Origin: Candidatus Latescibacterota bacterium
GTDB taxonomy: Bacteria > Krumholzibacteriota > Krumholzibacteriia > WVZY01
Direction: 5' to 3'
DNA: 64,000 bases
Assembly (NCBI GenBank): GCA_963791045.1
Contig: CAWBQK010000011.1
Coordinates: 320,001-384,000 of the forward strand
The position numbers and the translations under genes were made by a program. The notes beneath the pieces were generated by a model that was not told where the DNA came from, made no database searches, and saw nothing but the letters and a program-made list of their open reading frames with translations. Shown here in pieces: positions 1 to 9,703 of this stretch (positions within the stretch are counted from its first letter, which is position 1; each line of letters starts with the position of its first letter).

Positions 1-7
1 GGAGGGC

Positions 8-3000
8 ATGGCCAAACAAGAAAAATCACGTAAACATATTCTGGCGGCGCTTCGGGAGCGTGCCAAGGAACTCAACTGTCTCTACGCGGTCGATGAGATA
101 CTCAGTGAGCCGGATCAGGATATAGAAAATGTTATTCGTGCGATAGCGGAGGCACTCCCTGCGGGATGGCAGTACCCGGAGATTTGCCGTACCCGGGTGG
201 CGCTGCTCGACAGGGTTTATCAAACAGAAGATTTTGTGGAAACCGAGTGGAGACAATCGGCCGGAATTACAGCTCAAGGTGACGGCGTTGGCAAGGTCGA
301 AGTTTTCTATACGGATGAAAAGCCTAAGCTCGACGAAGGTCCTTTCTTGAAGGAAGAACGACGGCTCGTCGATGCCGTGGCGGAGCGAATCGGACTCTTT
401 GTTGTACAAAAGCGGCTGCGATCGGCCCATAAGAGCTGGGAAGACGCCGTCGAACAGATTTCAGACAAGTCGCACAACGACTGGATCGTCATTCTGGATT
501 TTCTCCGGCGGACCGATCAAAAACTTCTCATCCGCGTCACTCGAAAAATGATCAACCACCTTTGCTGGACTGGTGTGGATGATGCGGAGGATCTGCTTCA
601 AGAGTTTCTGTCGGAAGGTGAAGAAAGCCGGCCAACCGATGAGAACAAGCCTCTTCAGCGGTCGCGCCTCCGGAACCTTTCTGAATTGACCGACAAAACA
701 TTCAAAATTGCAACCGGTCATTACAGCGATGGTGAAATCCTTGCGTTTCTCCAGAAGTGGATTGAGGAGGACAAGACATCCGTGCTTATCGATACGCTCG
801 AGAATGCGGACAGTGATCTGGCACAGATATCGGACGCCGTCGCAAAATTCGAGACCACCGGTGTCAAAGAGCCCGAACTTTCCGTCGCGGTTCAGAAAAC
901 ACTCCGCGTGTCGCTTCTTCAGAGGCTCTTTACCGACCACATGGCATTTATCGACGTCGCAAAAAACTTCGTCGAGGTTCAGGATTTTTATGAAATTCTA
1001 CGGCACGTGATATATCCGTCCCAAAGTCACGGAAAACTCGGTGGAAAGACCGCCGGCATGTTTCTCGCCTCACAGGTTGTAAAAAAGTCGACTGAGCACT
1101 CCGAACTCTTTGCAAACCTCAAAACGCCCAAATCGTGGTTCCTCAGCTCGGACTGTCTTCGACTGTTTATGCATTTCAATAACCTCGAGGATGTTTACGA
1201 CCGTAAGTACATTGAAATTGAACGTATCCGCCAGGGCTATCAACATATCGTTCAGGTGTTCAAGAACTCACTGTTTCCACCAGAAATTGTCAAAGGTCTT
1301 GCGTCGGCACTCGATGATTTCGAAGACCGCCCACTGATCGTCAGGAGTTCAAGCCTTCTTGAGGACCGTACGGGTTCGGCGTTCTCAGGAAAATACAAGA
1401 GTCTTTTCCTTGCCAATCAGGGTACTAAAAAAGCTCGTCTTGAGGCACTTCAGGATGCAATAGCCGAAGTTTACGCATCGGTTTTCGGGCCGGACCCGAT
1501 CGAGTACAGGGCCGAAATGGGATTGCTCGATGTTCATGAAGAGATGGGGATTTTGATCCAGGAGGTTGTTGGGTCCAGAGTGGGGAAATATTTTTTCCCC
1601 GCATTTGCCGGTGTCGCATACAACAACAATGAGTTTCGCTGGTCGGCACGAATCAAGCGTGAGGACGGTCTCGTCAGGATGGTGCCCGGTCTGGGGTCCC
1701 GCGCCGTTGACCGGTTAAGCGACGATTACCCCGTGCTCTTGGCTCCGGGGCAACCGGGGTTGCGGGTCAATGTCACATCAGACGAGGTAATCCGGTACTC
1801 ACCAAATAAGATGGACGTGATCAATCTCGAGGCAAACGCGTTCGAGACGGTGGAAGTCGAAAAGCTGGTCGCAGAATGCGGTGACGATTACCCGATGGCG
1901 AAGCAGATCGTTTCCATAATAGAAGGCGATAGGGTTCGGCGGCCGGTGGGGCTCGAACCGGAGTGGGGCAAAGACGACATTGCGGTGACATTTCAGGGTC
2001 TCTTTGCCGACACAAATTTTGTGTTACAGATCCGTACGCTGATGGATCTGCTTTTGGAAAAATTCAACGCTCCGGTTGATATAGAATTCGCTCACGACGG
2101 CAAGGATTTCTATCTACTTCAGTGTCGTGCGCAGAGCCATACAGAAAAGTACGGCCCGGCTTCGATTCCCCGTAATTTGCCCGAGGATAAAGTCGTTTTT
2201 TCAGCCAACCGCTACATTTCGAACGGATACGTACCGGACATTTCGCACATCGTCTACGTCGATCCCGAGAGCTACTGCGACATCGATGATTTTCAGGTGC
2301 TCAAGGAGATCGGACGGGTGGTTGGAAAGCTCAATAAATTGTTGCCAAAACGCCAGTTTATCTTGCTGGGGCCGGGACGATGGGGCAGCCGGGGGGATAT
2401 CAAGCTTGGTGTGGATGTGACTTACTCAGACATCAATAACACGGCCGTTCTGCTCGAGATCGCGAGGCAGAAGGGCAAGTACCTTCCGGAGCTTTCTTTT
2501 GGAACCCATTTTTTTCAAGATCTCGTCGAAGCGGATATCCGATACATCCCGTTGTATCCCGATGAGCCAGATGTAGTTTTCAACGAACCGTTCCTTAAAC
2601 GGTCAAGAAACATCCTTCCCGATATTGCTCCGGAGTTCTCTCATCTTGCCGATACCGTCCGGGTCATCGATGTTCCCCAACAGACCAACGGTCAGGTTCT
2701 CCGCGTGTTGTTGAATGCTGATCTCGACGAAGCCGTGGGGATTCTTGATCTGCCGGATAAGGGGGACAAAATCGAATTTTTCGAGACTTTCAGAGTCGAT
2801 GCAACACCCGAGGAACACTGGCGATGGCGCTGCCGGATGGCTGAAAAGATTGCTGCAAACCTCGATCCCGAACGTTTCGCCGTAAAAGCCTTTTATGTAT
2901 TTGGAAGCACAAAAAATGCGACCGCCGGCCCAGGGAGCGATCTCGATATCATAATCCATTTGGACGCGAATAGCCGTCAGAGGGCGGACCTATCTTTGTG

Positions 3001-3202
3001 GCTTGATGGGTGGAGTCGTTCGCTCGCTGAAGTCAACCATCTCCGAACTGGTTACGAGATGGAAGGACTTCTCGATATTCACTATGTAACGGACGAAGAT
3101 ATTAAGAATAAATCGAGTTTTGCGGCAAAAATAGACGCCGTCACGGATGCCGCGCGTCCGCTCGTCCTGGGAAGTCGTTCGCGGAAGGACCAATGCAGGT
3201 GA
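8..3202 (+). CDS. GAF-like / PEP-synthase(PPDK)-like ATP-grasp / nucleotidyltransferase fusion protein (copy A)
   Basis: GGAGG RBS. N-terminal LRERAKELNCLY...GPFLKEE module. PPDK_N motifs GKLGGK, VRSSSLLED, FSGKYKS, IQEVVG, PGLG, DIEFA...LQCR. Then a GPGRWGS...GTHFFQDL domain and a C-terminal FGSTKNATAGPGSDLDI Pol-beta NTase motif. No pyruvate-binding barrel. Confidence 0.85.
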   Translation: MAKQEKSRKHILAALRERAKELNCLYAVDEILSEPDQDIENVIRAIAEALPAGWQYPEICRTRVALLDRVYQTEDFVETEWRQSAGITAQGDGVGKVEVFYTDEKPKLDEGPFLKEERRLVDAVAERIGLFVVQKRLRSAHKSWEDAVEQISDKSHNDWIVILDFLRRTDQKLLIRVTRKMINHLCWTGVDDAEDLLQEFLSEGEESRPTDENKPLQRSRLRNLSELTDKTFKIATGHYSDGEILAFLQKWIEEDKTSVLIDTLENADSDLAQISDAVAKFETTGVKEPELSVAVQKTLRVSLLQRLFTDHMAFIDVAKNFVEVQDFYEILRHVIYPSQSHGKLGGKTAGMFLASQVVKKSTEHSELFANLKTPKSWFLSSDCLRLFMHFNNLEDVYDRKYIEIERIRQGYQHIVQVFKNSLFPPEIVKGLASALDDFEDRPLIVRSSSLLEDRTGSAFSGKYKSLFLANQGTKKARLEALQDAIAEVYASVFGPDPIEYRAEMGLLDVHEEMGILIQEVVGSRVGKYFFPAFAGVAYNNNEFRWSARIKREDGLVRMVPGLGSRAVDRLSDDYPVLLAPGQPGLRVNVTSDEVIRYSPNKMDVINLEANAFETVEVEKLVAECGDDYPMAKQIVSIIEGDRVRRPVGLEPEWGKDDIAVTFQGLFADTNFVLQIRTLMDLLLEKFNAPVDIEFAHDGKDFYLLQCRAQSHTEKYGPASIPRNLPEDKVVFSANRYISNGYVPDISHIVYVDPESYCDIDDFQVLKEIGRVVGKLNKLLPKRQFILLGPGRWGSRGDIKLGVDVTYSDINNTAVLLEIARQKGKYLPELSFGTHFFQDLVEADIRYIPLYPDEPDVVFNEPFLKRSRNILPDIAPEFSHLADTVRVIDVPQQTNGQVLRVLLNADLDEAVGILDLPDKGDKIEFFETFRVDATPEEHWRWRCRMAEKIAANLDPERFAVKAFYVFGSTKNATAGPGSDLDIIIHLDANSRQRADLSLWLDGWSRSLAEVNHLRTGYEMEGLLDIHYVTDEDIKNKSSFAAKIDAVTDAARPLVLGSRSRKDQCR

Positions 3203-3233
3203 GGCTCACCGGTTGATGTCCTCTCAACGTGTA

Positions 3234-4094
3234 TTACAATATTTCCCGTGTTGCTTTATCCAATTCTCCAGGGTCGAAACTCACAAGCGATAGCTCGGGG
3301 CCATCGTGGGCGGCCGTGAACATGTGGGTTCGGCCGATAGTGTCTCTCCACGACCCCGTTATCCGTGCTGACTCGTGTATGTGTCCGTGAAGGGTGAGTA
3401 GTGGCCGGCGGGCTTCTATAAAACGCCGTACGGCGATGCTCCCGACATGAAGGTCGAAAGGAACGCTGTCGATCATTTTGCCGTCGAGTCCCACACGATC
3501 AAGCGCCGTCTCGTGCGGCGGTGTGTGGAAGAGCATTATCGCATTGACCAACGGTGAATCGCCGGCGAGTTCCTTGAGGTCTTTTTGGATGGTGGCGTGT
3601 CTGATGATATGGGCGGGCAGGCCGTCCGAGCGACTGCCTTCTTCGGGTGACACGGATCCGGGGGGGGTGTAGCGCGACACGTCATATCTCTCCCAGTCCT
3701 TGATCATGAACGGTGTGGGCGGAACATACGCGTAACCAAACACCTGGAAACTCCCGAAAGAGATGCGCTTTCCATGCGCATAACGCCACAATCCCTCCTC
3801 TTCGAGTCTTCGACAGGTGTCCTCTTCGGTTTTCCCGTCATCGTTGCCGAGAATGACAAACACGTCGGGGTATAGATCGCCCATTTTGGCGCGGGCGTCA
3901 CGAAGTCGCGTTGCGAGGTACCCGCCGACAAAGTCGTCCAACTCCGGATCTCCTGTGGGGTTCGAGGCGAAAGCGTGGGGCAATATATCCCCTCCGATGA
4001 ACACACCATTGGGTTCGCGGTTGACGATGGCGTCGAATAACTTGTCGAAACGGTCCACTCGTCCATGAAGATCCGAAACAAACAGGCATTTCAT
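3234..4094 (-). CDS. Calcineurin-like metallophosphoesterase (Icc-related)
   Basis: Motifs SDLHG, GGD, GNDD, FHTPP, HGHIHE. Confidence 0.9.
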   Translation of the reverse strand: MKCLFVSDLHGRVDRFDKLFDAIVNREPNGVFIGGDILPHAFASNPTGDPELDDFVGGYLATRLRDARAKMGDLYPDVFVILGNDDGKTEEDTCRRLEEEGLWRYAHGKRISFGSFQVFGYAYVPPTPFMIKDWERYDVSRYTPPGSVSPEEGSRSDGLPAHIIRHATIQKDLKELAGDSPLVNAIMLFHTPPHETALDRVGLDGKMIDSVPFDLHVGSIAVRRFIEARRPLLTLHGHIHESARITGSWRDTIGRTHMFTAAHDGPELSLVSFDPGELDKATREIL

Positions 4095-4327
4095 TGATTG
4101 TGTCCTCGGCAGATCGGTTTGAGATCATTGGCCCCATCGGAGCGCTCTGATGATAGCTCTTTCAGCGGCGGCGCTCAACGCCCTTGAGAAAGTGTTGGAT
4201 CTAGGGGGGCCGTGCCGGGTTCGTCCCCAAGGGGCCTTTTCATTATGAAATAGTTACCGAGCGTGTCCGTCGGACGATCACGCCGTAACCATCTGGGGAA
4301 TAGTCCGTTATCCTGTTGTCTGGCCGG

Positions 4328-4342
4328 TGGCACGGCTGTTGC
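4328..4342 (+). promoter_or_regulatory. sigma54 (-24/-12) promoter upstream of pat-cydAB
   Basis: TGGCACGGCTGTTGC matches TGGCACG-N4-TTGC exactly; intergenic, about 120 nt before the pat start. Confidence 0.75.
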
Positions 4343-4464
4343 GATGTCCCCTGTAAACCAGAGCCAAAACTTTTTGCGGCCCGTCCGTGCGAGTGCCGGG
4401 GCAGAGGTGTTGAAGAGTGGCTGGGAATGTCGGGCGGGCCGCAATTGCCTAAATGGAGGAAGTT

Positions 4465-7143
4465 ATGGGACCACATTATCTAGAAAAAATATTTGCCCCC
4501 GAATCCGTCGCCGTTATCGGCGCTACGACAAGAAAAGACTCCGTGGGGGACAGGGTTTTTCAGAACATGATTGATGCCGGGTATTCTGGCGAACTCTACG
4601 CCGTCAACCCGAGGTACAAAGAGGTCCATGGAAAGAAATGTTACCCGTCCATCGAGGCGATCGGCAAACCGATCGAACTCGCCGTCATTGTGCTTCCTGC
4701 CAAGGTTGTGCCCGATGTAATCCGCCAGTGCGGGGAAAACGGTGTGCGCGGTGTTGTGGTGATTTCAGCGGGATTCCGTGAGGTGGGTCGCGAGGGCGCG
4801 CGCCTCGAGGAGCAGATGATCGAGCAGGCGCGGCGTTTTGGGATCCGTATCATTGGGCCGAACTGTCTTGGAATCATGAGACCGTCGGTGGGCCTGAACG
4901 CCACGTTTAGTCTAAACGCTGCGCTTCCAGGCGAGCTTGCGCTAGTGTCGCAGTCCGGGGCGTTGTGCACATCGATTCTCGACTGGGCGCTCCACAACAA
5001 AGTTGGGTTCTCGACAATGATTTCGATGGGGGCGTCGGCCGACGTTGACTTTGGCGAGGCCCTTGACTACCTGGCCGCCGATGCGAAAACAAAGAGCATC
5101 CTCGTCTACATCGAGGGCATTCGAATGGCGCGGCGTTTCATGAGCGGGCTCCGCGTGGCCGCGAGAATGAAGCCGGTTGTGGTTGTCAAGGCGGGTCGCT
5201 ACGCCGCCGGTTCGCGTGCGGCGATGTCGCACACGGGCTCGATCGTTGGTTCGGACGATGTGTTCGATGCGGCGCTCAGGCGCGCCGGTGTCGTCCGGGT
5301 GATAACGATCGGTGAGCTTTTCGCCTCCGCGGAAATTCTGTCGAGTGGAAGCCGGGTGAACGGCAACAGGCTGGCCGTTGTTACCAACGCCGGCGGACCC
5401 GGGGTCATCGTGGCCGATTGTGCGGTCGAACGAAACGTGTCGATTCAGGATTTTGATGAAAAAACAATGGGACAGTTGGACAAGATTCTTCCGCCGCAAT
5501 GGTCGCATGGCAATCCCGTGGATATTCTCGGAGACGCACCGCCCGAAAAATACGGAGAAGCAGTCGCGATATGTCATAAAAACAAAGACATCGACGGCGT
5601 GGCGGTGATGCTGACTCCCCAGGCGATGACACGGCCCACCGAAGCGGCCCAGCGGGTTATTGAAGCGGCCAAAAAGACCAAGAAACCGACGCTCGCTTGT
5701 TGGATGGGCGAGGATCAGGTGGAAGAGGCCCGTCGTCTGTTTACCGAAAACAGAATTCCAACATTCCGGACGCCCGAGTCGGCGGTGGCCGCATTCTCGT
5801 ACCTCGCCAGGTACAACCGGAGCCAACAGCTTCTCCTACAGGTTCCCGGTCCGCTCTCCGAACGGCACGACCCCGATGTTGACGGCGCAAAACTGGTTAT
5901 CGAAGGCGCCATAGGGGAAGGCCACAAGGTGCTTTCAACGACCGAGTCCAAGGCGCTTCTTACCGCGTTCGGAATTCCCACGATGCAAAGTGTTGAAGCC
6001 AGGTCGGCCAACGAGGCGCTGGTCGCCGCGCAGTCGCTGGGTTTTCCCGTGGCTATGAAGATCGCTTCTCATGATATCACCCACAAATCCGATGTGGGCG
6101 GCGTACGTCTCAACATAAACAGTGCCGCCACCGTGAGATCGGTCTACAACGATCTTATTTTTGCGGCAAAAAAAGCGATGCCCAAGGCGGATATCCGGGG
6201 TGTCACCATCGAGAAAATGTGCCGGAAACCCCACGGCCGCGAGCTCATGGTGGGTGTGGTCAGGGATTCAGTGTTCGGACCGACGATCAGTTTCGGGGCG
6301 GGTGGGACCACCGTGGAGATTATGAAGGATCGCGCCGTGGCGTTGCCTCCGCTCAATCAGTATCTCGTCCAGGACATGATCAAACAGACAAAGATCTCCA
6401 AGCTTCTCGACTCATTCCGCAACCTTCCCGAAGTCGACAAGGGCGCTATCGAGACGGTTCTGCTCAGAGTCTCGGAGATGGTGTGCGAGCTTCCGCAGAT
6501 CCAGGAACTCGACATCAACCCGCTTATCGTCGATGAAAACGGGGCGATGGCCGTCGACGCCCGCGTGGTGGTTGAGCACCAATCCCCGACGATGGGGCGG
6601 TACGACCATATGGCGATACACCCGTACCCGTCTCATCTCGAAAGCAATATGCAACTCCCCGACGGGAGAAACATAGTGATTCGACCCATCCGCCCGGAGG
6701 ATGCCGAGATCGAGGACACATTCGTCAGAAATCTGTCGCCGGAGTCAAAGTACTTCCGCTTCATGCATACGCTTCAGGAGCTCACCCCCAAGATGCTCGT
6801 GCGTTTTACCCAGATCGATTACGATCGCGAGATGGCGTTCATCGCGACGACCGATGTTGACGGGCGGGAAGCGGAAATCGCCGTCGGCCGTTATGTGACC
6901 AATCCCGACGGGGCCACGTGCGAGCCCGCGCTGGTCGTGGGCGATGAGTGGCGCCGGATGGGGATCGGGACAAAAATCATGGCGAGCCTTATGGACGTCG
7001 CCAGGAACAGGGGACTCACACTGATGGAAGGTGAGGTTCTCTCGGATAACTCGACAATGGTTTCGCTTGCGCGGAAGATGGGGTTCATCGTCCAAAGCTG
7101 TGATACCGATTCGAACTGCAGCTTCATGTCGAAACGGTTGTAG
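4465..7143 (+). CDS. pat: Acetate-CoA ligase (ADP-forming) family / GNAT acetyltransferase fusion (Pat/PatZ type)
   Basis: CoA-binding N-terminus (PESVAVIGA), GPNCLG, SQSGA, SHTG, NPVDILGDA, ATP-grasp HKSDVGGV/ELDINP, C-terminal GNAT (IRPIRPED, QIDYDREMA). GGAGG precedes ATG 4465. Confidence 0.92.
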   Translation: MGPHYLEKIFAPESVAVIGATTRKDSVGDRVFQNMIDAGYSGELYAVNPRYKEVHGKKCYPSIEAIGKPIELAVIVLPAKVVPDVIRQCGENGVRGVVVISAGFREVGREGARLEEQMIEQARRFGIRIIGPNCLGIMRPSVGLNATFSLNAALPGELALVSQSGALCTSILDWALHNKVGFSTMISMGASADVDFGEALDYLAADAKTKSILVYIEGIRMARRFMSGLRVAARMKPVVVVKAGRYAAGSRAAMSHTGSIVGSDDVFDAALRRAGVVRVITIGELFASAEILSSGSRVNGNRLAVVTNAGGPGVIVADCAVERNVSIQDFDEKTMGQLDKILPPQWSHGNPVDILGDAPPEKYGEAVAICHKNKDIDGVAVMLTPQAMTRPTEAAQRVIEAAKKTKKPTLACWMGEDQVEEARRLFTENRIPTFRTPESAVAAFSYLARYNRSQQLLLQVPGPLSERHDPDVDGAKLVIEGAIGEGHKVLSTTESKALLTAFGIPTMQSVEARSANEALVAAQSLGFPVAMKIASHDITHKSDVGGVRLNINSAATVRSVYNDLIFAAKKAMPKADIRGVTIEKMCRKPHGRELMVGVVRDSVFGPTISFGAGGTTVEIMKDRAVALPPLNQYLVQDMIKQTKISKLLDSFRNLPEVDKGAIETVLLRVSEMVCELPQIQELDINPLIVDENGAMAVDARVVVEHQSPTMGRYDHMAIHPYPSHLESNMQLPDGRNIVIRPIRPEDAEIEDTFVRNLSPESKYFRFMHTLQELTPKMLVRFTQIDYDREMAFIATTDVDGREAEIAVGRYVTNPDGATCEPALVVGDEWRRMGIGTKIMASLMDVARNRGLTLMEGEVLSDNSTMVSLARKMGFIVQSCDTDSNCSFMSKRL

Positions 7144-7329
7144 CGCGGTTTGGCGGCGATCTGGCCGCGGTTGGATGGATCCTCAAACACGACCGGACAC
7201 GGGTGGGATGTTCTCCTGGATGACGGAGGCTCTCGCCCGTGTCTTTTTGTGCTCTTCGGTCAAACCAAAATGAATTGAACGCCTTCTGCGAGTCAACTAT
7301 ATTCTCATGAACAACAATGGAGGAAGCGA

Positions 7330-8661
7330 ATGGACGCTGTATTTTTGTCCCGAATTCAGTTTGCCATCACAATCGGGTTCCATTTTATCTTTCCGCCGAT
7401 TTCGATCGGTCTGGTGTGGCTCCTGGTGATTGCCGAGTATCTCGGTTGGCGGAAGAATGATGAGACCTGGGTCAATCTGGGGAGATTCTTTGCGAAGCTC
7501 TTAGCGTTGACGTTTGCCGTGGGTGTTGCAACGGGAATCGTCATGGAATTCCAGTTTGGCATGAACTGGGCGAAGTACTCGGAGTTCGTCGGTGACATCT
7601 TTGGCGCACCGCTCGCCGCAGAGGGCGTGTTCGCCTTTTTCCTCGAGTCGAGTTTTCTCGCGCTCTACCTGTTTGGCCGGAACCGGGTGTCAAAAGGCGT
7701 TCACTGGTTCTCTGTGCTCATGGTGGCCGTGGGAGCGACGATATCTGCTTTTTGGATTCTCGTTGCCAATTCGTGGCAGCAGACCCCCGCCGGATATGTT
7801 GTTCGCAACGGCCGAGCGGAGCTTACGAGCTTTTCCGAAGCGGTGTTCAACCCGTCAATGTTCCAGCGTTTCTTTCATACCGTCGATGCCGCGCTTATTG
7901 CCGGTGCGTTTTTTATGGCGGGTATCGCCGCATTTCTTCTTCTGAAAAACAAAGACAATGTTGTTGCCAGAAAGGCAATCAAGCTCTCTTGTATCTTCGG
8001 AATCATCGTCTCTGTCCTCGCCGTATTTCCGACGGGCCATGAACACGCCCGGCAGGTCGCGCGGACACAACCGGAGAAATTCGCCGCGATCGAAGGGCTT
8101 TACACGAGCCAGACAAACGCGCCGCTGGTGCTATTCGGTCTCGTCAATCATCTGCCGCCCGAACTCGGCGCCAAGGTCGAAATCCCAGGGATGTTGAGTT
8201 GGATGGCGTTTGGAGACACGAATGCCCCTCTGGTGGGGATTTCAGATTTTCCGGCGGATGAGATCCCGCCGCTGTGGCCGACATTTGTGTCGTTCCACAA
8301 TATGGTCATTCTCGGAATGTACTTTATCGGGGTTATGGCGCTGGCGCTGCTTCTTCTTTGGCGCGAAAAGATCTGGGACAACCGTCTGTTTTTGAAGCTC
8401 CTCGTGTTTTCCCTGCCATTACCTGTCGTCGCGATTCAGTTCGGCTGGGCGGCCGCTGAAATCGGCCGGCAGCCATGGATTGTTTACAAGCTCCTGAGAA
8501 CGAGCGAGGCGGCCTCGGTCAACGTGAGCGCCGGCGAGATTCTTTTCTCCATCATTCTCTTTAGTGTCGTTTACCTCTTCCTGGGTGCGCTATGGGTCTT
8601 TTTGCTTGTGCGAGAGACCAATCATTTTCATGAAGCCACCGCAAAGGAGGTGCAGTCATGA
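7330..8661 (+). CDS. cydA: Cytochrome bd quinol oxidase subunit I
   Basis: SRIQFA...FHFIF, GIVMEFQFGMNW, AFFLES, ANSWQQTP, QPEKFAAIEG, EIGRQPW. Confidence 0.97.
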   Translation: MDAVFLSRIQFAITIGFHFIFPPISIGLVWLLVIAEYLGWRKNDETWVNLGRFFAKLLALTFAVGVATGIVMEFQFGMNWAKYSEFVGDIFGAPLAAEGVFAFFLESSFLALYLFGRNRVSKGVHWFSVLMVAVGATISAFWILVANSWQQTPAGYVVRNGRAELTSFSEAVFNPSMFQRFFHTVDAALIAGAFFMAGIAAFLLLKNKDNVVARKAIKLSCIFGIIVSVLAVFPTGHEHARQVARTQPEKFAAIEGLYTSQTNAPLVLFGLVNHLPPELGAKVEIPGMLSWMAFGDTNAPLVGISDFPADEIPPLWPTFVSFHNMVILGMYFIGVMALALLLLWREKIWDNRLFLKLLVFSLPLPVVAIQFGWAAAEIGRQPWIVYKLLRTSEAASVNVSAGEILFSIILFSVVYLFLGALWVFLLVRETNHFHEATAKEVQS

Positions 8662-9677
8662 TCGATCTCAACACGATCTGGTTTGTCTTGTTTGGTGTCC
8701 TTATTGCCGGGTACGCGATCCTCGACGGGTTCGATCTCGGTGTCGGGGTGCTGCACCTCTTTGGCCGGAGCGACAACGAGAGGCGAATTCACATAAACGC
8801 AATCGGTCCGGTGTGGGACGGAAACGAAGTGTGGCTCCTCACCGCCGGTGGGGCGCTTTTTGCTGCCTTCCCGAGGGTCTATGCGACGGTTTTTAGTTCG
8901 TTCTACCTCGCGCTGGTGCTGCTTCTCGTCTTTCTCATCATGCGGGCCGTGTCCATGGAGTTCCGTGGAAAGGTCGAGTCGCTCGGGTGGCGGAAATTCT
9001 GGGACTGGTCGTTTGGACTTGGGAGTCTTGGGCCGGCGCTTCTCTTTGGTGTCGCGGTGGGGAACATCCTCCGCGGGATACCGATTACGGATGACCGGGT
9101 GTTTACGGGCTCATTCTTTGGGCTGTTGAACCCCTATGCGCTTCTTATTGGTGTACTGAGTCTTGTGATGTTTACTATGCACGGGGCGCTCTACATGACA
9201 CTCAAGACTGACGGCGATCTCCAGGAGCGAATGAAAGCGTGGGCGACAAAATCATGGGTCGCATTTGTTGTTTTGTATGTTGCCGCCACCATCGCGACGT
9301 TTTTTGTGTCATCGTTTCTCTTTGAAGGGGTTCTCGGGAACGCGATCTTCTGGATCTTCTTTGTGTTGTTGCTCGTGTCGATCCTCTATATCCCGGTGGC
9401 GACAAACGCGAGACGGTACTGGGCGGCGATGCTCGCGAGCGCTCTCACCATTATCTCGATGATAGGGCTTGCCGCGGTGAGTATGTTCCCGGTGCTCGTT
9501 CCGTCGACGCTTGATCCCGTATACAGTTTGACGGCATACAACGCCGCTTCGACGCCAAGGACGCTCACAGTGATGCTCGTTATAGCGCTCGTCGGAATGC
9601 CGATTGTGATCGGGTACACGATTTACATTTATCGCGTGTTCAAGGGAAAGGTCGTGATCACCGAGGATAGTTATTGA
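8658..9677 (+). CDS. cydB: Cytochrome bd quinol oxidase subunit II
   Basis: LDGFDLGVG, IGPVWDGNEVWL, FAAFP; ATGA overlap with cydA. Confidence 0.97.
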   Translation: MIDLNTIWFVLFGVLIAGYAILDGFDLGVGVLHLFGRSDNERRIHINAIGPVWDGNEVWLLTAGGALFAAFPRVYATVFSSFYLALVLLLVFLIMRAVSMEFRGKVESLGWRKFWDWSFGLGSLGPALLFGVAVGNILRGIPITDDRVFTGSFFGLLNPYALLIGVLSLVMFTMHGALYMTLKTDGDLQERMKAWATKSWVAFVVLYVAATIATFFVSSFLFEGVLGNAIFWIFFVLLLVSILYIPVATNARRYWAAMLASALTIISMIGLAAVSMFPVLVPSTLDPVYSLTAYNAASTPRTLTVMLVIALVGMPIVIGYTIYIYRVFKGKVVITEDSY

Positions 9678-9703
9678 GATGTGAATGATCTGATAGGAAC
9701 CTG

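Noticed and set aside
2810-3170. NTase as a CBASS cyclase or MNT-HEPN antitoxin (defence system)
   Set aside because: The domain is minimal and fused, there is no effector, HEPN or Cap gene nearby, and the context is metabolic
8-3202. Calling the ATP-grasp proteins PEP synthase (ppsA), PPDK or rifampin phosphotransferase
   Set aside because: There is no pyruvate-binding barrel, no canonical GGxTSHAA swivel motif and no rifampin-binding middle domain; only the ATP-grasp part matches
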